From the NCBI GenBank assembly GCA_963822585.1, contig CAWGIE010000019.1, positions 352,001-416,000 on the forward strand: a stretch of DNA of 64,000 bases, written 5' to 3'. A model generated the notes under the pieces. It was not told the DNA's origin. It saw only the letters and a list, made by a program, of their open reading frames with translations, and searched no databases. The stretch comes from an uncultured bacterium (GTDB lineage Bacteria > Auribacterota > Erginobacteria > Erginobacterales > Erginobacteraceae). A program made the translations under genes and the position numbers. Shown here in pieces: positions 1 through 9,674 of this stretch. How positions within the stretch are numbered: the stretch's first letter is position 1; the number at the start of each line of letters is the position of its first letter.

Positions 1-31
1 TCTGGATAATTTAAAGCCGGCAGGGAAGAAA

Positions 32-310
32 ATGATGATGAAAGACAGTCTCTGGTATCAAAAAAACGCGGATATTTTAAAAGCCCTGGCCCATCCCACG
101 CGCCTCAAGATAGTGGACGGCTTGCTCCAGGATGCCTGCGGCGTCGGCAAGATCGTCCGGGGGCTGGGACTTCCCCAATCAACCGTCTCCCAGCATCTGG
201 GAATACTCCGGAACCGGAAGATCATCGCCCCGGAAAAAGAAGGGGTGCGGACCTGTTACCGAATTTCCGACCCGCGCATTCAAAAGCTGTTGGAAGCTTT
301 GAAAAAATAA
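32..310 (+). CDS. ArsR/SmtB family transcriptional regulator
   Basis: 92 aa with LKALAHPTRLKI and LPQSTVSQHLGILR winged-HTH motifs. Confidence 0.93.
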   Translation: MMMKDSLWYQKNADILKALAHPTRLKIVDGLLQDACGVGKIVRGLGLPQSTVSQHLGILRNRKIIAPEKEGVRTCYRISDPRIQKLLEALKK

Positions 311-374
311 TTTTTTACGCTTTAAATCGTATTATCTAGATATTTAAATATTATATAAAAAAGGAGGACCGCTG

Positions 375-851
375 ATGAACTTCGTGCTGGGATTCATAGC
401 CGCCCTGATCTGCCTCGCCGGCGGCGCGGCAATTATCCTGCCCCGGTCCGGAAAAATGTTTTTCATCAGGGACCGGAGCCGGCTGAGTTTCGAGGATACC
501 CTGGAAAACATCAGAAAAAACGTTGATCTAAATTCGCGCGGCTGGTTTATAGAAAGCGAGAAAGACTTCAATCTGGCCTATATAAAAAAGCAGAAAGGGG
601 AATTGCCTTTCCGGCTCCATGTATTTAAAATAGGGAACTCCGATCACTCATACCGGGTCAATTCGGCCTTCCCCGCGGTGGCCGTTTTCATGCCCGCGGC
701 AATAGCGGTGGTGGGCCGGAAAAACGGGAATATCGATATTTACCGGAAGAACACCGGTTTGATGGGTCTCTTCTTCACCGGCATCGTCCGAGAGGTGATG
801 AAAGACCAGGTACCGGTCGAACTGGACAAAATACTGGAGGGAGCGATTTAA
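375..851 (+). CDS. DUF302-like protein with N-terminal membrane anchor
   Basis: SD AAGGAGG; hydrophobic N-terminus; SRLSFEDTLENI...GW and VAVFMPAAIAV resemble DUF302. Confidence 0.6.
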   Translation: MNFVLGFIAALICLAGGAAIILPRSGKMFFIRDRSRLSFEDTLENIRKNVDLNSRGWFIESEKDFNLAYIKKQKGELPFRLHVFKIGNSDHSYRVNSAFPAVAVFMPAAIAVVGRKNGNIDIYRKNTGLMGLFFTGIVREVMKDQVPVELDKILEGAI

Positions 852-3758
852 ATGATGAAAATCGGAGGTTCACTGGTACATTTCGCGGTCCGGCGGGCGA
901 AGACCGTCACCTGGATGATGGTCGCCGTCACCCTCATCCTCGCGCTCCTGGCCCTGCTCCCGACTATCTGGCCGGAGGTTTTCCCCTTCCTCTCCCCTCT
1001 GCGGGTGGATACCGACCCCGAGAACATGCTCCCGGAAGACGAAGCGGTCCGGGTTTTTCACAACCGGATGAAAAAGGAGATGTCCCTCTCGGACATGGTG
1101 GTTCTGGGGATAGTAAACGATACCAATCCCGACGGGGTCTTCAACCCGGAATCACTGGAGAAAATCTATCAGCTGTCCCGGTACGCCGGAACACTCCGCT
1201 GGGAAGACCCGGACCGGCCGGGTGTTTTCCAGGGGGTGATTGAGGTGGACCTGATCTCTCCTTCCACGGTCGAGAACATCGTGCAGGCCGGACCGGGGAC
1301 GATCAAGTTCGAATGGCTGATGCCGACGCCCCCGGCCACGCGAGAGGAGGCCCTCGCCGTCCGGGAGAAGGCGGCCCGGATACCGTTCCTGAAAGACACA
1401 CTCCTCTCCGCCAACGGCAAGGCGGTCGCTCTTTACCTGCCCCTCACCTCCAAGGATCAGAGCTACCGGGTGGCCCGGAAACTGAAAGAGAAAATTGCCG
1501 GTTTTTCCGGAGACGAGCAGTACTTTATCACCGGGCTACCGGTCGCCCAGGACACCTTCGGGGTGGAGATGTTCAAACAGATGGCGATCGCGGCTCCGGC
1601 GGCGATGGTGATCATTTTCCTGCTCATGCTCTTCTTCTTCCGCAAGCTCATCCTGATCGTCTCCCCCATGATCGTGGCCCTAGTCGCGGTGATCTCGACC
1701 ATGAGCCTGCTCGTCATCACCGGAAAAACGATCCACATCATGAGTTCCATGATCCCGATCTTCATCATGCCGATCGCGGTCCTGGACGCCGTCCACATCC
1801 TCTCCGAGTTCTTCGACCGCTACCAGGAGACGAAAAGCCGGCGGGAGACGGTCTACCGGGTGATGAGCACTCTCTTCACGCCGATGCTTTACACCTCGCT
1901 CACCACCTCGGTCGGCTTCGCCTCCCTGGCCCTGGCCCCGATCCCCCCGGTGCAAATCTTCGGGATCTACATCGCCATCGGCGTCATGACCGCCTGGATC
2001 TGGACCATCCTCTTCATCCCCGCCTTCATCATGTTCATCCCCCGGCGCTCCCTGGAGAACTTCGGCGCTCTCCACGATCGACAGGAGGACCGGGAGATCG
2101 CCCGCTCCGTCACCCGGAAAAAGCACCGGATCCGCTCCAACCTGACCATGACCTGGCTTCTGGCCGCGGCGGGAAGGGCCACCTTCCGGCACGCGAAGAT
2201 CGTGCTCCTGGTCATGGCGATGGGCGTGGTCGTCGCGGTGTTCGGCATCAGCCGGATCAGGATCAACGACAACCCCACCAAGTGGTTTTCCCCCTCCCAT
2301 CCCATCCGGGTGGCCGACCGGGTCCTGAACCACCACTTCGCCGGGACATACATGGCCTACCTCGCTCTCACCGCGCCGGAGGAGGGAGTCCCGGTTGATG
2401 TCTATGCCCGGGAGCTGGAAAAACGGATAGCTGAGCGGGTGGTGCGGGCCGGGGGTGATGTGCCGGGGGCCGGCAAGGTCTATTCCGCCCTCGGCGAGGA
2501 ACTCGACCGGCTGCGGGTTGAAGCCTCCGACCCCGCGGAACTTCTTGACCGACTGGCGGCATTCGCCGACAAAAAGGCCGCCGACGCCCCCCTCGAGGAG
2601 GCGGACGCCTGGGACGATGCCCTCCTCTTCATCGACAGCGAGCGGCAGCGGGGAGAGATTTTTAAACAGCCGGAAGTGCTGGCTTATATCGAAGGCCTAC
2701 AGAAACACCTCCTCACTACCGGCGTGGTCGGGAAATCAAACTCTTTAACGGATATTGTCAAGACCGTTTACCGCGACCTGGTCTCCGGCAAGGAGAAGGA
2801 CTTCGTCATCCCGGCAACCCCGGCCGCGGTCGGGAATGCCCTGTTCGAATACCAGAACAGCCGACGCCCCCAAGACCTCTGGCATTTCGTCACCCCCGAT
2901 TACCGGACCACCGTTCTCTGGATCCAGTTAAAGAGCGGCGACAACACCGACATGGAGAAGGTCGTCCGGACGGTGGACGATTACATGGCGGAGAACCCGC
3001 CGCCGGATGATCTGCGACACCGATGGTTCGGCCTCACCTATATCAACGTCGTCTGGCAGAAGAAGATGGTGGCGGGGATGCTCCAGGCCTTCCTGGGCAG
3101 TTTCCTGATCGTCTTTCTGATGATGACCCTCCTCTACCGTTCGGCGCTCTGGGGGATACTCTCCATGATCCCTCTCACCGTTACCATCGGCCTTATTTAC
3201 GGCGTGATCGGGCTGATCGGCAAGGACTACGACATGCCCGTCGCCGTCCTCTCTTCCCTCAGCCTCGGCCTGGCGGTTGACTATTCCATCCATTTCCTCT
3301 CCCGGAGCCGGGAGCTCTACCTCAAATACGGCTCCTGGGGGAACGCGGTGGCGGCGGTCTTCGGCGAACCGGCCCGGGCCATCGCCCGGAACGTGATCGT
3401 GATCGGGGTCGGTTTTTTGCCTCTGCTGCTGGCGCCGCTGGTGCCGTACCAGACCGTGGGGATCTTTATCGCCGCCATCCTGATGACCGCGGGGGTGGCG
3501 ACGCTGTTGATCCTGCCGGCGATGATGACGGTCCTGGAGAGGTTTCTCTTTCCGAAGACGAAGCTCTGCTGCCTGGCCTGCAACTGCGTCACCTGCACGG
3601 TCTCCTCGGTCGCCCTGGTCGCCGTGGTCGCCATCAATCTCAGGCAGCTTTTGAACGTGGGCTGGACCTCGCTTTCCTGGTGGAGTCTGGCGGCGATCGT
3701 GATCCTCGCCCTGGCTTGTTATCTGATGTCAAGACGCGCCCGCTGCCGGGCGGAGTAA
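852..3758 (+). CDS. MMPL/RND superfamily transporter with Cys-rich C-terminal extension
   Basis: 968 aa; two TM blocks with IAVLDAVHI and GLAVDYSIHF motifs; large periplasmic loops starting DTDPENML. Confidence 0.92.
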   Translation: MMKIGGSLVHFAVRRAKTVTWMMVAVTLILALLALLPTIWPEVFPFLSPLRVDTDPENMLPEDEAVRVFHNRMKKEMSLSDMVVLGIVNDTNPDGVFNPESLEKIYQLSRYAGTLRWEDPDRPGVFQGVIEVDLISPSTVENIVQAGPGTIKFEWLMPTPPATREEALAVREKAARIPFLKDTLLSANGKAVALYLPLTSKDQSYRVARKLKEKIAGFSGDEQYFITGLPVAQDTFGVEMFKQMAIAAPAAMVIIFLLMLFFFRKLILIVSPMIVALVAVISTMSLLVITGKTIHIMSSMIPIFIMPIAVLDAVHILSEFFDRYQETKSRRETVYRVMSTLFTPMLYTSLTTSVGFASLALAPIPPVQIFGIYIAIGVMTAWIWTILFIPAFIMFIPRRSLENFGALHDRQEDREIARSVTRKKHRIRSNLTMTWLLAAAGRATFRHAKIVLLVMAMGVVVAVFGISRIRINDNPTKWFSPSHPIRVADRVLNHHFAGTYMAYLALTAPEEGVPVDVYARELEKRIAERVVRAGGDVPGAGKVYSALGEELDRLRVEASDPAELLDRLAAFADKKAADAPLEEADAWDDALLFIDSERQRGEIFKQPEVLAYIEGLQKHLLTTGVVGKSNSLTDIVKTVYRDLVSGKEKDFVIPATPAAVGNALFEYQNSRRPQDLWHFVTPDYRTTVLWIQLKSGDNTDMEKVVRTVDDYMAENPPPDDLRHRWFGLTYINVVWQKKMVAGMLQAFLGSFLIVFLMMTLLYRSALWGILSMIPLTVTIGLIYGVIGLIGKDYDMPVAVLSSLSLGLAVDYSIHFLSRSRELYLKYGSWGNAVAAVFGEPARAIARNVIVIGVGFLPLLLAPLVPYQTVGIFIAAILMTAGVATLLILPAMMTVLERFLFPKTKLCCLACNCVTCTVSSVALVAVVAINLRQLLNVGWTSLSWWSLAAIVILALACYLMSRRARCRAE

Positions 3759-3767
3759 AAATTACAT

Positions 3768-4024
3768 TAGCCGCAAAAAGGCGCAAAATGCGCAAAATTG
3801 AGGAGCGGAGTAGAAACTCAGCACATAACAAAATCAGAGTAATCAGGTAAAACTTGTCCTGTCGAAGACCCTGAGCGAAGTCGAAGGGAGCGAAGTCGAA
3901 GGATCGGGTGCTCATTTAAATGGGGCCGAGGCGCGGGATAATTGTCCTGTCCCATAATCGTCCTGTCAAAAAAAAGGGGCCGGGGTGGGGGGACTTTTGC
4001 GTATTTTGCGCATTTTTGCGGCTA
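3768..4024. repeat. Intergenic element with 30-bp inverted arms of 9-bp tandem units, containing nested REP-like repeats
   Basis: TAGCCGCAAAAAGGCGCAAAATGCGCAAAA (3768-3797) versus TTTTGCGTATTTTGCGCATTTTTGCGGCTA (3995-4024), 2 mismatches; internal CTTGTCCTG...AGCGAAGTCGAAGGA at 3853-3903. Confidence 0.85.
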
Positions 4025-4081
4025 TTAAAAGGGGCCGCGGCGGGGGGAAATCGGATATGTAATAATTACAAGGAGGCTGAA

Positions 4082-4927
4082 ATGAAAAAAAACATGTTTA
4101 TAACGGCAATAACTATCCTGTTTTTCATCGCTTTTGCGGTAGAGATCGCCGCCGAAGAAGGGGCCTCCAAGCCGCCGGATGTGAATGAGATCGTCAACCG
4201 GACCAACCGGGCCGCCTATTACCAGGGGAAAGACGGACGCGCTCAGGTCTCGATGGAGATCACTGACAGCCAGGGCCGGACGCGGAACCGGAAATTCACC
4301 ATTCTCCGGAAAGACGAACCCAACCCGGCCGACCCCTCCGACATGACCTACACCGGCGACCAGAAGTTCTATCTCTACTTCCAGCGCCCGGCCGACGTCA
4401 ACAAGATGGTCTTCATGGTCTGGAAGAACGCCGAGCAGGGCAAGGAGGACGACCGCTGGCTCTACCTCCCCGCTCTCGACCTGGTGAAAAGGATCGCCGG
4501 GACCGAGAAGAGAACCAGTTTCGTCGGTTCCGACTTCTTCTACGAGGACGTCTCCGGCCGGAACATCAACGACGATGTCCATGAACTGGAGAAGACTACG
4601 GACACTTATTACGTCCTCAAAAACACCCCCAAAGACCCCGGATCGGTCGAGTTCACGTACTACACGATCTGGATTCACAAGGATACCTTCCTCCCGGTCA
4701 AGATCGAGTACTTCGACAAAAACGGTGAAAAGTATCGCGAGTACGCGGCCCTGGGCGTCGAGACCATCCAGGGATACCCGACCGTGACCAAAGCGAGCAT
4801 GAAGAGCCTCAAGACCGGGAGCGAGACCGTCATGACCTACGGGGACGTCCGCTACGACATCGGCCTCCCCGACGACATCTTCACCGAACGCTACCTCCGC
4901 AACCCGCCGCGGGAGTATCTGAGATAA
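4082..4927 (+). CDS. Outer membrane lipoprotein-sorting protein (LolA-like)
   Basis: Start moved to ATG 4082 (SD AAGGAGG, signal peptide MKKNMFITAITILFF); DDRWLYLPALDLVKRI, SFVGSDFFYED and C-terminal IFTERYL motifs. Confidence 0.88.
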   Translation: MKKNMFITAITILFFIAFAVEIAAEEGASKPPDVNEIVNRTNRAAYYQGKDGRAQVSMEITDSQGRTRNRKFTILRKDEPNPADPSDMTYTGDQKFYLYFQRPADVNKMVFMVWKNAEQGKEDDRWLYLPALDLVKRIAGTEKRTSFVGSDFFYEDVSGRNINDDVHELEKTTDTYYVLKNTPKDPGSVEFTYYTIWIHKDTFLPVKIEYFDKNGEKYREYAALGVETIQGYPTVTKASMKSLKTGSETVMTYGDVRYDIGLPDDIFTERYLRNPPREYLR

Positions 4928-4999
4928 ACGTATAAGGACGAAAGGACGACGGGACGAAGGACGAAAAGATGAAGGACAACAGGTCAAGGAGGAAACGAT

Positions 5000-5378
5000 A
5001 TGGCGGATAAAATTAAGAGCGTACGGGATCTTAAGGTGTATCAATTAGCCTTTGAAACCGCCATGGAGAAATTCCATGTCTCTAAAAGTTTTCCGAAGGA
5101 AGAGCTATACTCATTGACCGATCAGGTCCGCCAGGTCTTCTCGATCAATATGTACGAATCTTGCCGAAGGTTGGCGAAAGCGTAGATATCAGGCAGTCTT
5201 CCTCAACAAGTTGTCCGATGCATCTCAGGAGGCTGGTGAAACACAAACATGGTTAGAATTCGCTTTGGCGTGTGCATATATAAATCAAGATGCCTTTGAT
5301 CGCCTTGATGAAAAATATGAACATATTTTTGCCATGTTACATACAATGGAAAACAAGATAGATACCTTCTGTAAATAA
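5000..5378 (+). pseudogene. Four-helix-bundle protein (23S rRNA IVP-like), single frameshift near 5131
   Basis: DLKVYQLAF...FPKEELYSLTDQVR continues in another frame as RSSRSICTNLAEGWRKRRY...EAGETQTWLEFA...TFCK*; may be a sequencing indel. Confidence 0.88.
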
Positions 5379-5484
5379 ATAAGGCTTATTTTTCGTCTCA
5401 ATGAGGGAAGCGACGCTGCTCGTCTTCAGCCCGGTCGTCCCGCAGTGAGCGCAACGAACGATCGTCCATCGAATCAGCAGCCTA

Positions 5485-6901
5485 ATGAGATACATTGCGA
5501 TATATGTAATAACCTGTTGTTGGCCAGTCCTAACCTTTGCCCAATCAGAGCCCGCACTCCCGGCCGGTCTATTCCGGTATTTCTTCATCCGGAGAGCCAT
5601 CCCTCCCGGCCGGTTTGGGCGGCAAGGCGGAAGTGACGGAAGCCGAACCCCGGGAAGAGCCTTTCCGCCTCCCCTTCCTCCTTACCGGATTCGGGGAGGG
5701 CAGAGCCGGAGCCTGGACCCAGCGGAACCCGTATGAGAATGACCTCTCCATCGGCGAGGTCCGGCTTCAGCTGGAAGGAGAAAAGGCCTGGGACCGAGCG
5801 GCCCTCCGGGTCCGGTCCGACTTCCTCTATGATCCGGTCTCCGACCATCAGACCATCGACCTGGAGAGCGGGCAGGGCTGGTTCGATCTCCGGGAGGCGC
5901 GCTTTGCCGTCACCCCCTTTTCTTTCATGGATATCAGGATCGGCCGCCAGATACTGACCTGGGGGACGGGCGACCTCCTCTTCATCAACGACATGTTCCC
6001 CAAAGACTGGAATTCTTTCTTCCTCGGGCGGGATACCGAATACCTGAAAGCCCCTTCCGACTCGGCCGTCGTCTCCCTCTTCAGCGATCTGGCGAACGCC
6101 GACGTCGTCTACACCCCCCGTTTCGATCCCGACCGCTATATTGATGGGAGCCGTCTCTCCTATTACAACCCGGCACTGGGCAGGATCGCCGGACGGGACG
6201 CGATCATCGTGACCGAGGAACCGGAGACCTGGTTCAAAGACGACGAGCTGGCGCTGCGCCTCTCCCGTAACATCGAAGGCTACGAGGCCGCTCTCTACGG
6301 CTACCGGGGTTACTGGAAGAGCCCGGCCGGCAGCGACCCCGCCACCGGGAAGGCGACCTTCCCTCGCCTGGCCGTTTACGGGGCGAGCGGCCGGGGAGCG
6401 GTCGGACCGGGCATCGGCAACCTCGAGTTCGGCTGGTACGACTCTGAGCAGAACAGCGGCGGCAACGATCCTTACGTCAGGAACAGCGAACTCCGGTTTC
6501 TGGCCGGCTACGAGCAGGAGGTCGCCGCCGACTTCACCGCCGGCCTCCAGTACTACCTGGAGTACATGCTAAACTACGATGCCTACCGCGACAACCTTCC
6601 GCCCGGTCAGCACCCCCGGGACGAGGGCCGCCATGTCGTCACCTTGCGGCTGACTAAGCTCCTGATGCGCCAGAACCTGAAACTCTCCTTTTTCGGCTAC
6701 TACTCCCCCTCGGACGAGGATTGCTACCTCCGCCCCCTTATCCAGTACAAGATCGACGACCACTGGACGGCGGATATCGGGGGGAACGTCTTCTGGGGCG
6801 TCCACGACTGGACCTTCTTCGGCCAGTTCAGGAAGGACACCAACCTCTACGCCGCCGCCCGCTATGGCTTTTATCCTAGGGGATATCCCGGTTCTCGCTG
6901 A
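5485..6901 (+). CDS. Putative outer-membrane beta-barrel protein; signal peptide in another frame (frameshift near 5570)
   Basis: MRYIAIYVITCCWPVLTFAQ signal at 5485 joins ORF 5537-6901, which has RIGRQILTWGTGD and a YAAARYGF barrel-type end. Confidence 0.75.
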
Positions 6902-7286
6902 TTTACGGCACACAAAATAACCGATAGATAACGGAGCTGATGGGCAATTGATATCCTTCATCTGCTGTCGATGAGAGTAGTAATGCAGAACGGGCGGAGC
7001 GATTGTTTGAATGACCGGGCCGCTCTTTAATCGGCTATCTACCTTTTTTTATCCGCTGAACAACGGTCGTTCGCGGATGTTTGGCCGCATAGCCGGGGCG
7101 TACGAACCTACCGTTTACGGCGCTTCGTGCGACCTTGTGAGTTTTACCTTTCATGGCAAACCTCCAAAATTAGATGTCGGATCTTCTTGACAGAGTCATT
7201 CGAGAGCGATAGCTTAATGTGCGTTCGACATAGCCGGTGCTCTGACGGTTCCGTTGGGGGTTCAGACGATACCCGGCGGATTTTCC

Positions 7287-7314
7287 AAGCGGGGTGGTGC
7301 ACGCCACCCCGCTT
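7287..7314. terminator. Stem-loop, probable terminator
   Basis: AAGCGGGGTGG-tgcacg-CCACCCCGCTT, abutting the stop of the PIN pseudogene. Confidence 0.6.
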
Positions 7315-7815
7315 TTATTCATCTGTTGGTTCCTTCAGCTTCTCAATAAATCGTTTGAGAATATCCTCGGTAATGTGTTTCTTGTTGATCTGGTGAATCT
7401 TTTTTGCTGTTTCGATTGCGTCATCAATTGCAAGGTGTCCCCGCAGGCAGAGGAATGTCATTCCCTCCAAACCCCAGTAAATCGGCACACCTTCTTCCGC
7501 GCATAATTTTCTTAACCCCGTATCATTAGATCAGCAGCTCCAGCCATTTTCTTGCGCCACGATAAAACACAATTTATCTGTTCTTGAGAGACTGCCTTTC
7601 CGCTCTCCCGCCTTCTGAAGTTGAAAGACCTCGGGCTTAATATTTGATCCCAGCCGCTTTTGAGGTGCTGGTCAATTGGTCACTTCAATGAACACCGTCA
7701 AGTACATATACTGTCCATATATGTCGATTAACTAACTGATGATTTGTTTGTTAGTACGACAGTAGTCGATCAAGACACAGGCATCACTAATGATTATTTC
7801 CGGCAGGGTACCCAT
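7315..7815 (-). pseudogene. PIN-domain protein, disrupted
   Basis: Manual translation MGTLPEIIISDACVLIDYC... and C-terminal SNDTGLRKLCAEEGVPIYWGL; internal stops. Confidence 0.7.
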
Positions 7816-8918
7816 TACCAAGACATCTCCCATTCCCGTAGGCGTTCCCGCATTCTCCTATCCCGATATTCAGGATTTCGGCGCCCCGGCTGATACTGAT
7901 GAGATCTTTCTCCAGCGCTTCTCTTACCAGGCGGCTGAGACGAACTTTGATAAAATCGGCGTTATCGAGAAAAGATGGTTCATCGATTTTTTTCTCCGGC
8001 AGATTGGCTTCTAATATGAATTTGAGGCGTTTCCAATATCGACCATGGTAGGAATTTATAAACTCTCTATAAATTCCGGAATCAATCAGTTCCATATCAA
8101 CAAGACGCCGCAATACAGTCTTATAACTGACGCGAAAGCGTCTTTTCGTGTGCAGTACACTATCCACCCAATGAAGACCACGGTTTTCATTCCAACAAAA
8201 AGAAAGCCGCAGGCTTTATCCTGCGAAATAATACCCTTCTCCCTGACTCTGATTTTCTTGACTGATCGGATATATATGATTGCGATGAAGGAGAATATGC
8301 CGTAATTCATGAGCAGCAGTAAAAATGTGACGTTCCACTGGTATAGAATCATCGGTATTGACTGCAAGAGACGGTTGATTATCTGATTCACCTACTGAAA
8401 GACCAAAGAATCGATTCATCGTGGATTTGAGCAGAAAGATTTTTACTCCAGTTTGCTCCAAGAGCTCGCAAACATCTGGGAGACTTTTTCACAGGGAAGT
8501 TCCAGTTTATTGTGGGCCTTACCTGCAGCTTCTTCCGTAGTACTTGAGAAAATTCCATCGATTTAAATTGATAGATCAGTCGTTCATCCAGCATATTTTC
8601 CGGAGCATTAAAATCGTTAAGCCAAGTGGCTACTTCCACTATGATCTGTTCTCGTTCCGCCTTTTCTTGAGCGGTAAGTGATTTGAAAGAACGGAATGGT
8701 AAGCTCTGCAGCTTTGGTATCCGGGCTGTCAGATCGAAGACGGATACATCTAAAGCCTGGGCTAAAGCATGCAGGTTCGAAGACCTGGGCTTAACAATAC
8801 TTTATCTGATATTTCTATACACAACCTGGCTTATACCCGCTTTCTCGGCGATGTACTGCTGCGTCCATTTTTCCAGCCTTCGAAACCTTCGAAGATTGAC
8901 TCCGATAGCATTAGTCAT
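7787..8918 (-). pseudogene. XRE-HTH fused to ImmA/IrrE (COG2856-like) metallopeptidase, disrupted
   Basis: MTNAIGVNLRRFRRLEKWTQQYIAEKAGIS HTH; ERHIFTAAHELRHILLH (HExxH); FRVSYKTVLRRL and LISISRGAEIL; several stops and frameshifts; AT-rich relative to flanks. Confidence 0.85.
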
Positions 8919-9220
8919 ATTTCCCCTTTTTATTTGATGTTCCCGGAATAAACATAACATAACTTATCATTTTATCAAGTAATGATATTATGAAAAGTTA
9001 ATAGCACTCCCTTTTTGTCCAATAAGGAAATATTGTTACCCTCAGGGTCCCCGCGTTGCCTGAAAACAACACAAATCTTGTTGTTCGAGTTTCTATGTGC
9101 ATTAAAGCCACCGGGGTGTTGCATAATGGAAATGGATGACCTCTCTCCCCGTCATCCATCTATATCGACATCTCTCTTTAGCAGAAGCACTTATGGATTT
9201 CCTTATCCGGATCGGACATA

Positions 9221-9236
9221 TGGCATGATATTTGCT
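9221..9236 (+). promoter_or_regulatory. Sigma54 (-24/-12) promoter
   Basis: TGGCATG-ATAT-TTGCT matches TGGCACG-N4-TTGCW with one mismatch. Confidence 0.7.
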
Positions 9237-9279
9237 TTATTTTAAGCATTCAGACCATTACTTTCAACGGGAGGTCGCG

Positions 9280-9369
9280 ATGAGCGGTAGGGCATATCTA
9301 TACGCCATCTTCTCTTCGTGCGTTATCTGGGGTACTCTTTACATTGTTTGGATGGGACTTTTCACCTGA
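9280..9369 (+). CDS. 29-aa hydrophobic small protein
   Basis: SD GGGAGG upstream of ATG; MSGRAYLYAIFSSCVIWGTLYIVWMGLFT*; downstream of the sigma54 motif; below the ORF-track size cutoff. Confidence 0.55.
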   Translation: MSGRAYLYAIFSSCVIWGTLYIVWMGLFT

Positions 9370-9645
9370 ACGTCGGGCGATGCGCAACAACACCTCACCG
9401 GTATCACCCTGTCGAAATACCTTTCATCATTATCTCTCCCTGGTTCACCCACCCGCAGGAATCATCACCTGGTTAATCATTCCTTGATACGTCCCCCTCT
9501 GCCGGACTGATCCGGCGGGATCATCATCATTTTTCCCCTTATGAAGTACTTTCCTATACGACCGGCATCGGTCAGGTTCTGTATATTTCTGACCTAGTGA
9601 CATTTCCCCTTAAAATGCTCTCCAAAAAAAAAGTAAAAAAACCTA

Positions 9646-9674
9646 TTGACTAATTAGTCTAATTCGACTATATA
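9646..9674 (+). promoter_or_regulatory. Putative sigma70 promoter overlapping boxes 1-2 of the array
   Basis: TTGACT (9646) + 17 bp + TATATA, preceded by an A-tract. Confidence 0.5.

Noticed and set aside
5000..5378. 23S rRNA intervening sequence or diversity-generating retroelement Avd
   Set aside because: No rRNA, reverse transcriptase or template/variable repeat pair in the window
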